Assembly (NCBI GenBank): GCA_951406725.2
Contig: OX597822.1
Span: 99,572,001-99,636,000 of the forward strand
DNA length: 64,000 nt
Direction of reading: 5' to 3'
Source: Octopus vulgaris
Taxonomy: Eukaryota
Notes under the pieces: generated by a model
Databases searched by the model: none
What the model saw: only the letters and a program-made list of their open reading frames with translations
What the model was told of the DNA's origin: nothing
Part shown: positions 38,594 through 52,831 of the stretch, piece by piece
Layout: each line of letters begins with the position of its first letter
How positions within the stretch are numbered: the first letter of the stretch is position 1
Made by a program: the position numbers and the translations under genes

Positions 38594-39796
38594 AAACTTC
38601 CAACATTAATATATTACATCCATTTATTGTCAACATTTATTTTTTTTAACAGTTCATCATCATTATTGCTTTAACATCCTTGCCTGCATGGGTTGGACAG
38701 AAATTTGTTGGGGCAGATTTTTCTATGGTTGGATGCTCTTCACGTTGTTCACCCTGTTCTATATCCAAGAAGGGAATATTTTACTCATGGCTGGACATGT
38801 TTCCATGAAAGGGCCTTGCTTGTATGACAGTGACACTCATTCACAATTATCATGTGATAACACAGATACAAACCCACACAAGCACCTACATGAACACACA
38901 CTTATAGATACTTGTGCACACACACACAATGGGTTTCTTTCAATTTCCATCAACCAAATCCACTTACAAGGTTTTAGTCAGACTGGAGCTAAGGCTGAAG
39001 ACACTTATACAAAGTACCATGCAGTGAGACTGAACCTAAAACCACATGGATGGGAAACAAATTCTTGACCACACACCAGTGCACACTGCACCTGCATTTT
39101 TTCCCTTCCTTTCATGTTTATACATGGAAACAAAATGTAATCCATCACCTCAAAGTGATTCAAAAGAAAACATTTTTCGGTTACTCTTGCTTTGAATGTT
39201 TACACCATTCAAATATATTCAGCAAGACATCAATACCACTTCATAATTCTAATAAGCAAGACAGCTAGCTCTGTCAAAGAATATAATGAAGAAATATCTA
39301 ATAAATACATAAATAATTGAAGAACTGTTAAAAAGCATTTTATAAGTAAAAAAAAAAAAGAAATATGTCAATAAGTATTTCAATAAGCAACACAAAACAG
39401 GAGACAAGCTTGCAATCCATTAATAGTGTAGAGGGAAAAAAGGAATCTTGTGCGATCAAACGGGCTCTGAACAAGAAAGCAAACGTTTCCCAAACAACTG
39501 TAAATTAAAATGTAATGTTTCTCTTTATAGAAGAGAAAAAAATTTTTTTCCCATGCATTTAAAAAGATCACTGTTTATTTAATTTATGCAAAAAGCAAGA
39601 TAGGAATTCATCAAAGGAAATAGCATCTAAATATTAGCAATTCAAATGTTCAATATGAAAAGAAAAGCTTTCCGGAAAGCTGGCTCCAGAATTTTTATCA
39701 CAATATCAGTGCAAAATAGGAGGACATAGTAGTAGGCAGGCGTAGATACTACCATCATCGGTTTAATGTCCACTTTTCTGAGTTCACATGGGGTGG

Positions 39797-40110
39797 ACGT
39801 GGAGTCACATGGCCTAGTGGTTAGAGCAGTGGACTCGGGGTCGAGGGATCGTGGGTTCGAATCTCAGACCGGGTGATGTGTGTGTTTATGAGCGAAACAC
39901 CTGCACAGGAACCGGTCCAGCGGCAATGGCGACGACCTCACTCGAATGTTTCACGTGCCACCAGCACAAGTGCTAGTAAGGTGACGTGGTAACGATCACG
40001 CTCGAATGGTGTGTTTAACGTGCCATCAGCACAAAGGCCAGCTTGTTGCTCTGGCAACGATCTCACTCGTATGGTACTCTTAGCGCTCCACTAGCAACGG
40101 ATGCCAGTCA
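39797..40110. mobile_element. SINE D head (plus) fused to family C internal repeats (minus)
   Basis: tRNA-like head TGGCCTAGTGG...GGGTTCGAATCTC to about 39902, then family C repeat units. Confidence 0.75.
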
Positions 40111-40539
40111 CCAAGTTTGATTTCTACTTCAATGTGTGTATGTGTATATATACACACACATTCAAATATATACACACATAATAGGCTTCAAACAGTTTCC
40201 ATCTACTAAATTTGCTGATATGCATTGGTTGGCCTGGAGCTACAAGACACTTGTCCATGTCAAACAGTAGGACTGACTACAAGTCCACTTGATTGACCTG
40301 TGATCTCCTTTTATCACACAGTCATGCCAGCACCTAAGGATATAATCAGCAATTTCAACAATGGCCATACTGATATAGAGAAACAGAGAGTGGATCAAAC
40401 TGAATACTGAGAAAGAAAGCAATTGTAAATCTCTTAGTTCTCTAACATTTGGTCATATATATATTAAAAACTGATTTTTCTGTTTTTTAGTTCATTCCAT
40501 GATTTATGATTGACTCAGCTAATTCAAACCACAACTTAA

Positions 40540-40764
40540 CCCTTTCGTTACTGTATTTATTTTGAGATTCTCTGTGTTTCTTTCAATTACTTTAAATATA
40601 ACAAAGAATTTAGTAAAACAACTTAGTTATCATTAAGCTAGTGTTAGGAACATAAATTGTGACTAAGGTTTGGTGGAAGATTTTAATTCGAAACTTATGA
40701 AAACATTTGAAACATTATGAAGACATTTGTATTCAGAGCCAGAGCCGGGTTGGTAACGAAAGGG
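40540..40764. mobile_element. piggyBac MITE (225 bp)
   Basis: TTAA at 40536-40539 and 40765-40768. TIR CCCTTTCGTTAC is identical to that of 4513-5580. Confidence 0.93.
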
Positions 40765-43051
40765 TTAAACCATCAATCAAAGATAGTTGTTAACTAAATG
40801 CCTCTCGAAATACTGGATATTTCTATAACTGAATATCCGTTGTTGAAAGGAATTCTCCCTACCACCCACTTTTTTTTTCTCTCGTTAACCATATGGCTTT
40901 GGTTGTGCCTACAGTCTAAATAAAGAACTTCGTTTAACAACAGCATGGTTCCAAATTCAATCTTACTCCACAATTTGACAATATCTTGGTCAAGTGTCTG
41001 CTACTGTGGTCTAATGTTGATCAATGTGGGTTAAATTTGGTAGATGGAAACTGAACAGAAGCCCATCTTGTAATATCTGCATATATCTGTGATTTTGTTT
41101 ATATGTTTACTGGTGTACTGAGTTGCATCCAGTTACATATATAAAAAAAAAAAACATAAAAGGTACCAGAATGAAATGTGTTCTGGAGTTGAACCTTTGA
41201 CAGGACGGTAGTAGGAGACCAGTCAGGTGATGAACACATAATTTATAGAGAAAAGTAACAGAAAGCTGCACCAAGAACAGCATTAGAGTGGTGCTCCAGT
41301 ATGGCTACAGCCTACAGATAGAAACCTATAAAACCAAAGACAGCTAAATTTATTTTTTAGTATTTGAACTTGTTTGAATTATTCTTATGAAATATTTCAT
41401 GAATTTAAGCTAAATTCTCAAATTAAGTGTTCAATAGACATAAGAACATATAATTAATTAATTGTAAGACAGAAATCAAAAATGAATATTACAGAGAAAT
41501 CTAATACGAGAAACTACTTTTTAGCTAAGTAAACGGGTCAAGTAATGTTCCTTGCCTAAGGGAAATACAACAGAAATTCATCAACAAAGTGTCACTGTAT
41601 CCCATTTTAATCAGGTGCTGGTAAATACAAAATATAGGACAGCAATAGAATAAGAATCAGATAATCTCACATATACATAGATTAGATTTCACAAAGATAT
41701 TAATTACATTATAACAGTTACTTCTGTTTAATATCTTAATAAAACGAAAGGCCAAATCATTTTAATTGCAAAATATACTTTCATTCTTTTCTTTGTTCTG
41801 CATCAACCCTTCCCATATCAACAAGCTTCTGCTTCTTTGATACAGACTTATTGTTTAAACCGGCTATATCAGACCAAAATGGTTTTCCTGCTTTATGCTC
41901 AAACCTCTCACACCTACCCTACAAAATCATTCTAAAAATAAACAGGGACATTATCAAAATCTCAGAGTTACAAGATGCTGTGCAATTAATTTAAAACAAT
42001 GTAATTAAACAGGCTTTACATTTGACAGAGTAATCTGAATGCTAAAGGGTTAAAGCAATCCAAAATATAACCTTCTGTCCAAATTTCATGTTCTGAATAC
42101 CAGCTTAAATGTTTTGATACCAACTTCCTCCTGGTTCTATGATACAAACTTTAATGTTTTAAAGTGATCTACAGTAAAACATTCCTTCAAAAATTCCTGT
42201 CAATTTTGTATTTGAAGCACCAGCTTAATAGTGACAAAGTTATTTTACTAAACTCATCATTATTTCCAAAATTTGGTAAACTAACTGCCTCTCCCAATAC
42301 TGGATATTTCTATAAGGCATTTCCAAAGAACTATGGTAACAAAAGAGTTAATTACTCTGAGACTTTACTTCCAGATTTGGGTCCAATTTTTTTCCACCAA
42401 CCTTTTTGTTTTGAACACTGAATATCTTTTGGAAAAAAGCATCTAACCAAACAGAGACTGAATAGTAGTGTTTCTGTAATTCCTGATATCATCAGAGAAA
42501 GAGAAGTACAAGGGCATTGCTGAAGAGCAAAGTAATAATTCATTAGTGATACAATCCTATGAAGATTCCAACATGACTATACATACGTTGCCTGTCGAGC
42601 AAAATATTTCATTGACCAGACAGGCTTATACTTCACTGACCTCCTAATTGCTATGCAAGATCAGAGCAGGTGCCATGGTTAATTCAGGCAAATCCAAATA
42701 AGCTCAATTAGACGATGATCATCAATCAAATTTGCATATACAAATATGGTAAATCCATTCTAAGGATTTATCATCTAATTTCTCATTCCTGCTACTCAAA
42801 TAACAGTTGTTTGAAAAAGCATCTCCAAATTTGTATCCAACATAACTATAGTTAACTAAATAAACTAAGAAATGGAAAAATAAAACATATAAATTAAGTT
42901 CTATAGGAGTTTGAATGTAAAATTACAAATTCAAATTGAAGCAGATGAAACTTAAGTTCAGAATCAACATCAGCCAAAATTAAACCTCAGGAACAATTCG
43001 CTCATGTGTTAGAGAGAGAATATCAAACATTTAAATTCTGTAATTCTTTAC

Positions 43052-43084
43052 CTTAGTGACTCATATATTGAGATACTTTGCTTT
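43052..43084 (-). other. Candidate 33-nt microexon
   Basis: Minus strand: ccctgttttttactccctctcttcAG|aaagc...cactaag|GTAAAG. One open frame, KQSISIYESL. Confidence 0.35.
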
Positions 43085-44972
43085 CTGAAGAGAGGGAGTA
43101 AAAAACAGGGCCTTTGAGACAGTACACAAAAAACTTTGATTCCAGATCATCAGTTTAAGTATCAACAATTCTTAGTACATTATTTGTAACTAAACCAATT
43201 ATGTATTTCTAAAATTGGCTTAAAATTTTGGCTCAAGGCTAGCAATTTTTGGGGGATGGAGCAAGTTAATTAAATTGACCCCAGTATTTGATTGTTATTT
43301 ATTTTATCTATCGAGAGGATGAAAAGCAAAGTCAACCATAGCAGAATTTCACCTCAGATTGTAAAGATGGATGAAATGTTGCTAAGCATTTTGTCAAGTG
43401 TGCTAATGACTCACTGAGCTACATTTTAGTACCGTAACCTCTTTGGATGTAAAAACTACAGTTATGCCATTACAATATTTTCTTTATAATATTATTTAAT
43501 CAAGAAATTACAAAACATTAAGCATTAAATAAAACTCACAAACTCTTAAAAGGTTGCTTTTATCAAAGGTCATAAAGTAAAAAGAATATGAAAAAATCAG
43601 GAAAATCTTGCATTCATCAAAATTATAACTAAAAGACTAAACAACACAAACTCAACAAATGATTATTTTAAAAGAAATAAATTCAATTTGAGATGTAAAT
43701 ACCTCATTTTTTGAGGTTAAAGCATTGTTTAGATGTAAATTTTTAGTGAATGTAATGAGAAAAATTACATTAAATTAAACAAATCATTGCCACCATGAGG
43801 CCCAATTTATGAAGGGTGCTTTTTACGTGCCACTGGCATGGATGCTAATTATGTGACGCCAGCATTGGCTACGACAATGCTGTTAATAAGTAAAAGATTC
43901 ATCCCTACAGATTTTTTAAAAAAAAGATGTATTGCAAAAGAAGTCGGGGGTGGTGGAGTGATTTAGTTCAAAATCCAAACCCCAATTTTTTTTAATATGT
44001 TGTTCTTGGAAACAAGAGTTGCTTCAGGGAAGCCCATAAATCTAATTTGATTATTTTCAGTTCAGAACATTTGAATTAGTATCTGTGAAATTGAAAATTT
44101 TAATGAATTAGATTACAATTTACATTAATTTCGAACTGGAGTCGGTACATTTTTACCGATTCAAACTCCAGGAACCCAATAATTGCTTTCAACAGTTTTG
44201 AATGAAACTCTTTATCTTCCAAAATATGGAAGCTAAGAACAAAGATAAAATCAAAATTCCAAATTTAGCAACACATCTTTTTGAACAATGTGTTGCTTGC
44301 TTGAGCTTGGTTATATTCAAAGAATTTTCTGTTATCATTAAAATGTGTGATTAAATATGAAGTATGAAGGTTTCAAACACTTAGTTCTACTCCATGTGCT
44401 TAACTGAAAATTTAGTATAGAATTATATATTTCTCATTTAATCATCCAATTTAATACTTTTCTCGTAGATCATTCAATATTTGTTTGTATATTATTGTTT
44501 TCTGTGTGCAGGAGACACCTATTATGATCTCAATGTGATTCCTTTCAACTATTTGGAATATACTGAGTAAAATATATAAAACTTTGTGGAGCCTAGCATT
44601 TGATTCAGACTGGTTCATTTCAGTTATTCTCTAAGGTATTGTCTTATTTGGTTCAAATATTGATTGTGTATTATTCATTTGATATTTTCTGAGCAGGTGC
44701 AGTTCACCTACAACTAAGATAAGAACACTGGCTTAGAAGTAAATAAAAGAAGAAATCAGAAACACGCAAAATATCTATACCATTTTATAGAGTAAAAAGC
44801 AATAAACAGACGTAACAATGTTCAAATAAAACAGAAAGCTTATCACATAATTTCATAAACAGAAATCTTTTATAGAAGTATTTCAGCTAATAGCAGAATA
44901 CATCCTGATGGCACTCGATAGAGAAGTCTATCAGTACCACATAATATCTATGATGGTAGACAATATTTCAGA

Positions 44973-45205
44973 AAGGCGGCAAGCTGGCAGAATCGTTAGC
45001 ACACCGGGCAAAATGCTTAGCGGTATTTCATCTGCCACTACGTTCTGAGTTCAAATTCCCCCAAGGTCGACTTTGCCTTTCATCCTTTCGGGGTTGATTA
45101 AATAAGTACTAGTTACACACTGGGGTCGATATAATCGACCTAATCCATTTGCCTGCCCATGTTTGTCCCCTCTATGTTTAGCCCCTTGTGGGCAGTAAAG
45201 AAATA
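44973..45205 (+). mobile_element. SINE family B
   Basis: 18-bp TSD ggtagacaatatttcaga at 44955-44972 and 45206-45223. Confidence 0.92.
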
Positions 45206-45489
45206 GGTAGACAATATTTCAGAGTGAACATACAAAGCATACACCCACCACTGCCACCACCACCATCATCACCACTTTAATGTCAACGTTTTTGTTCCTG
45301 CATGTGTCAGACAGAAATCTTTGAGGCAGATTTTTTTATAACCAGAGACGTTTCATGTCAGAAATATTCAATTTGTTTTCAAGAAAGTTCTTTTTTTTTT
45401 CTGCATGGCTGAACATGTTTTCAGAGAAAACTGGAAACAAACAACACCTGTTGACTGATGATGCTCAGGTACAACCCAAGAGTGGTGTT

Positions 45490-45770
45490 GTTTGTTCCTT
45501 CTCGAGCCATGCCTGGCTCATAAGGGCCGGTTTCCCGGTTTCTTGGCATATAGGTTCCCCACCCAGATGAGCTGCAAGATGCAGGAGGAAAGAGTAAGAG
45601 AAAGTTGTGGTGAAAGAGTCAGCAGAAGTTTCGCCATTACCTTCTGCCGGAGCCGAGTGGAGCTTAGGTGTTTTGCTCATAAACACCCACATCATCCGGT
45701 CTGAGATTCGAACCCGCGATCCCTCAACGGCGAGTCCGCTGCTCTAACCACTAGGCCATGTGCCTCCACA
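45490..45770 (-). mobile_element. SINE, family D-related subfamily with a different tail
   Basis: Same tRNA-like head and gaaagttgtggtgaaagagt core as 1319-1694, with a divergent 3' part. Confidence 0.8.
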
Positions 45771-46360
45771 AGAGTGATATCGAGACAAGGAGACATAAAC
45801 TCTCACACACACACCTTTTATCATTATCTTTAAATTGTTTCAGTCATCAGACACTGCCTTAAAGGGTTTAAACAAATCAACCCCAGTACTTTTTTTTATT
45901 TCTTTGCTTAAAGTCTGGTACTTATTCTATCAGTCTCTTTTTGTTACACAGCTAAGTTACAGGAATGTAAACAAACCAACACCGATTGTCAAGTGGAGTT
46001 GGTGGGGAGGGACGAACAATGACACACATGCACATATATCACAGGTTTCTTTCCATTTCCATCAACTAATTCCACTCAAAGCTTTGGTTGACCTGGGGGT
46101 GATAGTAGAAGAGACCTGCCAAAGGTGCTATGCAGTAGGACTGAACATGTAACCATATGGTTGCAAAACAAATTTCTTAACCACACAGCCATGTTTAAGC
46201 CTATGTATGTCATCTAATAAACAGAAGCCCATATTTGTGTGTTTAATTCCGTTTTTTCCAGCCCAATGGTTTTTATTGATGGGGTTTAATTGCTTGGTTA
46301 GGGGAGACAAGGCAGTGTCTATGCTGTTGTTCAAAACTTCTAAGATTAATTCTTAACTGG

Positions 46361-48537
46361 CAGACAAATTGATATAGATATAAAGAACCACTTTGTATTG
46401 AGTATCATTTTCAGAATGATCACCCATCTAAGACTGCAGGTTGATTCAATGGTATTTGACTGAGGTTTCTGTGAATGGAACAAAGTAATATCTCCAACAC
46501 TCAATGATTTATGTGTTGTACTTTATTACACAAACACAATAAAATTTGAAAATTTTCACTATAATAACAATCTATTTAGGGCCAGGATTAATAAAAAAAA
46601 AATATTAAATTACCAGGCAGTACCAGGGACTGAACTCATTTCCTTGTGCTCTACCTTCCTCAACACTACAACAACATCAGTTGAGCAGTTTTGTCTTGTA
46701 AATTATTCGTAGACCTCAATGCTGCTGGTGCTATGTAAAACGCACTCAAACCATGCAGTAAAGTGGTTGAGAGTCTTCAACCATAGAAACCATGCCAAAA
46801 CAGACAGCAGAGATTGGTGCAGTCTCCTGACAAACTGTCCAACCCATGGAAAACAGATCTTAAATAATCCTTTCTACTATAGGCACAAGGCCAGAAATAT
46901 TGGGGAACAGGCCAGTCGATTTAATCAACCCCAGTATGCAAACTGGTACTTAATTTATCGACCCCGAAAGGATGAAAGGCAAAGTCGACCGTGGCGGAAT
47001 TTGAACCCAGAACGTAGCGACAGGTGAAATACTGCTGAGCACTTCGTCTGACGTGCTGATGATGATTTGTCTATTGCAACAGATTTTATTAACTATTCTA
47101 AAATTTCAAAATAATTTTGCATACAATTTCATTAAGTATTACATACTGAAAAATTAAAAGACAACATAACCAGTATCTCAAAATAAATTACAGAAATGAT
47201 TCAATATAGCAAAAAGTTTGTTGCTAATCCGATAAACCAAGTTAACTAACTATTCCATCCAATAAATTTCTCATCAGTGAAAATCAAAACTCGTGTTTCC
47301 ATTAATCAAAACTGATTATTCATTTTGCAGAACTATTAAGAAGGATATTTATGCTTAGCTGAACACGTTTAAGCATGGAGATGTTACAAACCATTTCCTG
47401 TTCACTAAGCATCCAGATGCTGGTAAACAAACAACCAAAATCAAACAAGTGGAAAGGGTTTTAAGATGATCGTAATGTCTCTACATCTGATTAAAATATA
47501 CTTATGAAATCTGACAGCAGATGCTTTCTGCAGAGATTTAATATGTTGTGTCAACTGAGGAATGAAATACAAGATTTAAATTAAGCACAAGATAAAATAA
47601 TTCAGAATTATATTTTTATTATAATTTTAGTTAAAAATGCAAAATGCACAAAATTAAAAATATATTAGCAAATGTCAATACAAATACATAGCTCATTAGG
47701 CAAACCTTAGTTATAGAAATTGAATGCATCACTAATAGATATGAAACATACATTATTACATAAGATAGAAAGTTAAGTAGAGTATTTAAAAATTATCTTG
47801 AGATGAATGAAAATTTGTTGTTAGAAAAGTTTTCAACAAAATTAGAAGAAAAAAATACAAGAATATTTTTTCCTTAATCACCTGATTCGAAAACAACCCC
47901 AAAAAATGAAACCTTTGAAGACAAAACTACTGGAATATAATTAAATATTATTCAATGATGAACCAATTGAGCTGTAAACTAATTGCAGAACAAAAAAAGT
48001 TTAAATATTAATATAACAAGGAATGTAAATAGAATTGAAATTACTGGTTTGGACCAGACTGAATCTAACCTGAAGAACATGGTTTTCATATAAAGATCTA
48101 TACATACATTCACTCATACACGTATGTGTATGAGTAATTACATACATCTATACACATGTGTGTGTGTGTGTGTATGGGCAAGGAAATAAGCTTTTTAACT
48201 GGATAGACAAAAGCAACAGTAATGATGTACCTTGATCAAGGACACAATGCACTGTCCATTTCAGGAATTGAACTCACAACGTAAGTCCAACACCCTAACC
48301 ACGAGGTCACACACCTTCATGAATGTATGTGTATATACATATATTTCATCATCAGATTAAATTCCACTTTTCCATACTTGCATAGGTTGAGAGATTTTCT
48401 AGGGTTGGATGCCCTTCCTGTCACAAATCCTCACCTGTTTCCAAGTAAAGGTAATATTTCCCCAACACCAGACATGTTTGCATGGAAAACCGGAAACAAG
48501 GGACACTGCTTGTTTGACAGTGTTACTTGTATGTATG

Positions 48538-48576
<39 letters not shown>

Positions 48577-49000
48577 GGCTTCAGTTTCCATTTACCAAAT
48601 CCACTCACAAGTGCCGATACAAATTATTTGTACCGGCACTTTATATTCAGGGTTCAAACGCTGTCGAAGTCATCCTTCTGAGATTGATAATATGAAATAG
48701 ATTAGGGCCCAAGGAGACACTTGCTCAAGATGCTATGCAGTAGGATTGAACCTGAAACCATATAGTTGTCGAGTGAACTTCTTAACCGACAGACAAATTG
48801 ACATAGATATAAAGAAACAGTTTGTATTGAATATCATTTTCAGCATGATCGCTCATCTAAGACTGCAGATTGATTCAATGATGTTTGACTGAGATTTCTG
48901 TGAATGGAACAAAGTAATATCTCCAACACTCTATAATTTATGTGTTGTCCTTTATTACACAAACACAATAAAATTTGAGAATTTTCACTATAATAACAAT
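46361..49000 (+). repeat. Dispersed direct duplication of about 210 bp (46361-46571 and 48790-49000)
   Basis: cagacaaattga...ttttcactataataacaat is present twice with scattered substitutions. Confidence 0.92.
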
Positions 49001-52000
49001 AATAATATCAGTTACATAAATATCAACAGAAACATAACCTTGCTTCAGCATGTGACTAAGCATGATTAAGCAAAAGGGTCAAACAAAAGATAGAGTAAAA
49101 GCACTATATATATATATATTTAAATGCAGTAACAATTCTTCACTTCTTTATAAGATATCTGAGATAGATTATTTTTTTGCAACAAACAACATTGATTTGT
49201 AAAGTTTTATCCGGCGACTATAAGAACTAAGAATACTTGTTGATTGCTTTGAAAACATTAATTGATATATAAGGTAGAGTTAACCTGCTTGATGTAAAAA
49301 AAATACAAGACCTTTTAAACTTTAGCTGAATTATCATTCTTCAAAGACATATGGCTTATTAAATATTAGTTTTCAAGCTTCTAACAGCCATATGCAAGTA
49401 TATCATTCTCACATTCTTTACCAAATAGCAAAGTTCACTGGAAATTAGGACAGTAAATTTCTTAAAGCAATATATGGATAGGATGTGTAAATCAATCCAT
49501 ATTTAGCCAGTGGGAAGACAAGAGCCATTAAATTAAGTGATTAAATGCTTATCTTGAATATTCTAATAGCAATAAATCTATATGCAGAAAGTAAAGTGGA
49601 TTTCATGAGGATTTCATAGTGAAGGAACTTGAGCTTTTCCATATACAGAATACTGCACACAGAATTAATGATTTTGAAAATCTTTGGAAACATTGATTCA
49701 TCTCTTATAGGTAATCTAATTTGTTGATATAACAGCGTCAGCTACAATTAGATGATGATCATATTACACACACATACACCAGAACAGCAAAGAACCTCCT
49801 AGATTCATTATTCTTGATAAACATGTCAACAGGAAATTCATGGTGTACGTCAAAAGACTATGGGGGTAACTGAAGAAAAAATAATAATAAAAAGATAAAA
49901 TATGAAGACACTATTAGTACCAGCCTAACTCAACTAGCACAACACCAATGACAGTGTAAAATACATACGTAGGTGTTTATAATTACAATTGAGACATAAT
50001 CTTAAAGATAAATATTGTTCAACAGTAACCATAGAGAGAGGGAAAGAAAGAAAGAAAAGAGGAAAAGAGACAAAGAAAGAAAGAAGCAATGGAAATTAAG
50101 AAATCATGGGACTTGTAGAAAATTTAGTTGATGGAAAGAATTAAGTGTATGTATAATTCAATATGTATAAAATAAATGGAAAACAGCGTAGTTATTATAA
50201 AAATTTTAACAATAAGTACTTGTGAAGAATTTCAGTGTATCAAACTGATTGTATTCGCAGTTATAAATAGAATCAGTCAACAGATCATGAATAGATAACA
50301 TTAGTACAAAGACAGAAAATAGTAAAAGGGGGGAAAAGAAAAAAGATAAACATCTATAACTAAATCTCTTTTCAAATGAAATTTAGAAAGAAAAAATTAC
50401 ATGAAGATTAAATAAAACTATTATATTCATTCATATAAAATGCCTATTTTTTTTTGTAGAACATTTAACATCTTTCTCTCAGGATATATATATATATATA
50501 TATGTGTATGTGTATAACAGTTGAAAGATGGAAACAATAGGTAACATGGCAACATAGTCAACATATCAATATATATATATATAAGCAATAAAGCAATGAG
50601 ACAAAATTTAAAAACACTATTTTCAAGACTCAAAGCGAAGGAAAATTAAAATAGACCTCCCACACATAAAACTGAAGCATTTGCTATCATAACCAATCCA
50701 ATGTTTTTAGATAAGCAAAGCATGGAATGGTTTTACCAATTATTTCTTAATTTTTAATAGGGTTTCCAGGGGCCACTTTAGGATTTTTGCCTTGTAAAGT
50801 TACAAGGCAATCAACATTAGTGCTTGTGCTATAGAAGAAAAAAAAAGCACTAGGTACATTCTGTAGAGTGATTGATGTTAGGAAGTGCATCCAGCCAAAG
50901 AATAAGATTTTGGTACAAGCAGCAATCTTCTGATTCACCAGACAGTCAAGCAGTGCCACTAGATGCCAGTAGAGAAGCATGATGTCCTATATAGTAAATG
51001 ATCAGTAGAATATGGCAAAGTATATTATCCTTTTGCTGGCTTCTATCACTGCTGTGGCCATGCTGGGGCTCTACTTGAATATAAAGATGATTGCATCAAC
51101 CTGCTTTATAGAGTTGTATTTCATGAGAATAAATTACAAAACATACATTCCAGAACAAAAAACATGTGCATACACGAATGCATATGCACCCCTAGTTCTA
51201 TACTCTGTATCCTAATGGATTTTAATAGGAATAAAGTAAAAAAAAAAAATTTTTTAAACGGAAGCAGGAAGAAAACTGCAGTATCAGCAGGTGGAATTTT
51301 GAATGATACTCAACACAACATTGTATATTATATTCAATGTTGCATTGAATATATTATGATCCAAAGAACACATTATTCAAAAAAATGTTTCCCCGTGAAT
51401 AATTTACAATAAAAGAAAATATTTAAATGTGATGATAAATTATTGCTAAACTGGTAATAACAAAGACAAATAAATATTGGTCAGTATTGGTTATAGATTT
51501 TAAATAAAAATTTAATGATATGCCAGATAATAAAATGTAATGTGTGCAAAGTTATTCCTCCCAAATATATTTCTGCAATCTTTTCTTTTAATTTTTGTGT
51601 GCGTTTATTTTCAAGTACCATGTAGGGTGATATTACTTGCTCTAAAGACAGAATACAAGAATATGAATTACTTATAAGTCTCCTAAGAGGAATTAATTTA
51701 TGAAACAAAACATTTGCATAGAGAATCTTATGCCACACAACCCAATCATTAACATGAACATACGTTAAGTTTATTGTTACAATAATATTTTTCTATATTC
51801 TGATATAAGATACTCAGAGCAAGCATCTTTCCTCATAACCTTGTGATTGAAATCAAGTAGACGGAAACCTGTTGAATATGCTGTATTGAATATGCTTAGG
51901 ACTGTTTCCATAGTAGCAGAACTAAAGTAGGCAGAGTGAAGCTGCTTGACAGAGTTTGACCTTGAACTCTGTTGCACATGCACACTAAGTTATAACATCC

Positions 52001-52179
52001 CTGTTCATTTCCATTGTTTATAGCAAAGCTTGGAAGTGTGTAGAGTGTGGTTGTCTAACCATACCAGAGGTTCCAACAGTGACCACCGCAAAAAAAAATA
52101 TGTGTATGTATGTGTGAGTGTGTGTGTGTGCATGCGCACATGCATATAGTCATGTCTTGAAGGTAATTGCAGCCCAGAA

Positions 52180-52831
52180 TCTTTTCAAAAATAAAATCCT
52201 ACTTGAGAGGAGCAAGATTTCAAAACATTGAGGAAATCCAAGAGAATGCAACTAGGCAGCTACTCACTATCCCCCAAAAAAACTTCCATCAATGGAAATG
52301 ACTCTGGATAAAATGTGTGGCTTCAGAAGGGGTACTACTTTGAAGGAGATTAAATGCTGAATTGATACGTGTTGTAGTTTTCATGGATCTTTTCGGTTTG
52401 AATGGCAATTTTTTAAATAATTTCCACGTAACTAAACACTTTTAAACTTCATATACTGGTAGAAAGTATTGATAAAACATTTTTTTCTCTATTGAGAAAA
52501 TTCTATAGTTTGTAAGATATTTGTTGTTTTTTTACTTCAATTTCAGCCAATCAATGATGTCTATTGAGGTGAAAACATTCTGTGCCGTATGAATATGTCC
52601 CTCGTTTAAGAAACAGATTGGGTTTATTTACATTTCTGAAGAAAAAAGATACCCTTCCCCACACCTGTAACCCCAACCCTAAAACAGATTGAAATGCAAT
52701 AGATCGATACTAGGGTCATAATCATGGGTGACATTTTCATATGACACCGCTAGAAAAAACTGCCATTCAAACCGAAAAGATCCGTTTTCATTTTTATAGT
52801 ATAAGCCCCAATACTTTCTGATCAAACATCA
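52180..52831 (+). pseudogene. mariner transposon 3' fragment (transposase C-terminus and TIR), interrupted by a MITE
   Basis: KIKSYLRGARFQNIEEIQENATRQLLTIP..HQWK*LWIKCVASEG/YFEGD*. Right TIR-like sequence ccaatactttctgatcaaacatcata. Confidence 0.85.
52385..52783. mobile_element. Merlin-like MITE (399 bp)
   Basis: About 30-bp TIR GGATCTTTTCGGTTTGAATGGCA(A/G)TTTTTT. Perfect 8-bp TSD gttttcat at 52377-52384 and 52784-52791. The superfamily is inferred from the GG termini and 8-bp TSD. Confidence 0.85.

Noticed and set aside
39666-39681. 16-bp palindrome agctttccggaaagct
   Set aside because: About one such palindrome is expected by chance in 64 kb.
42447-42520. Possible 72-nt minus-strand exon
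   Set aside because: The donor GTTAGA is mediocre, there is no homology, and such pairs are common in T-rich introns.
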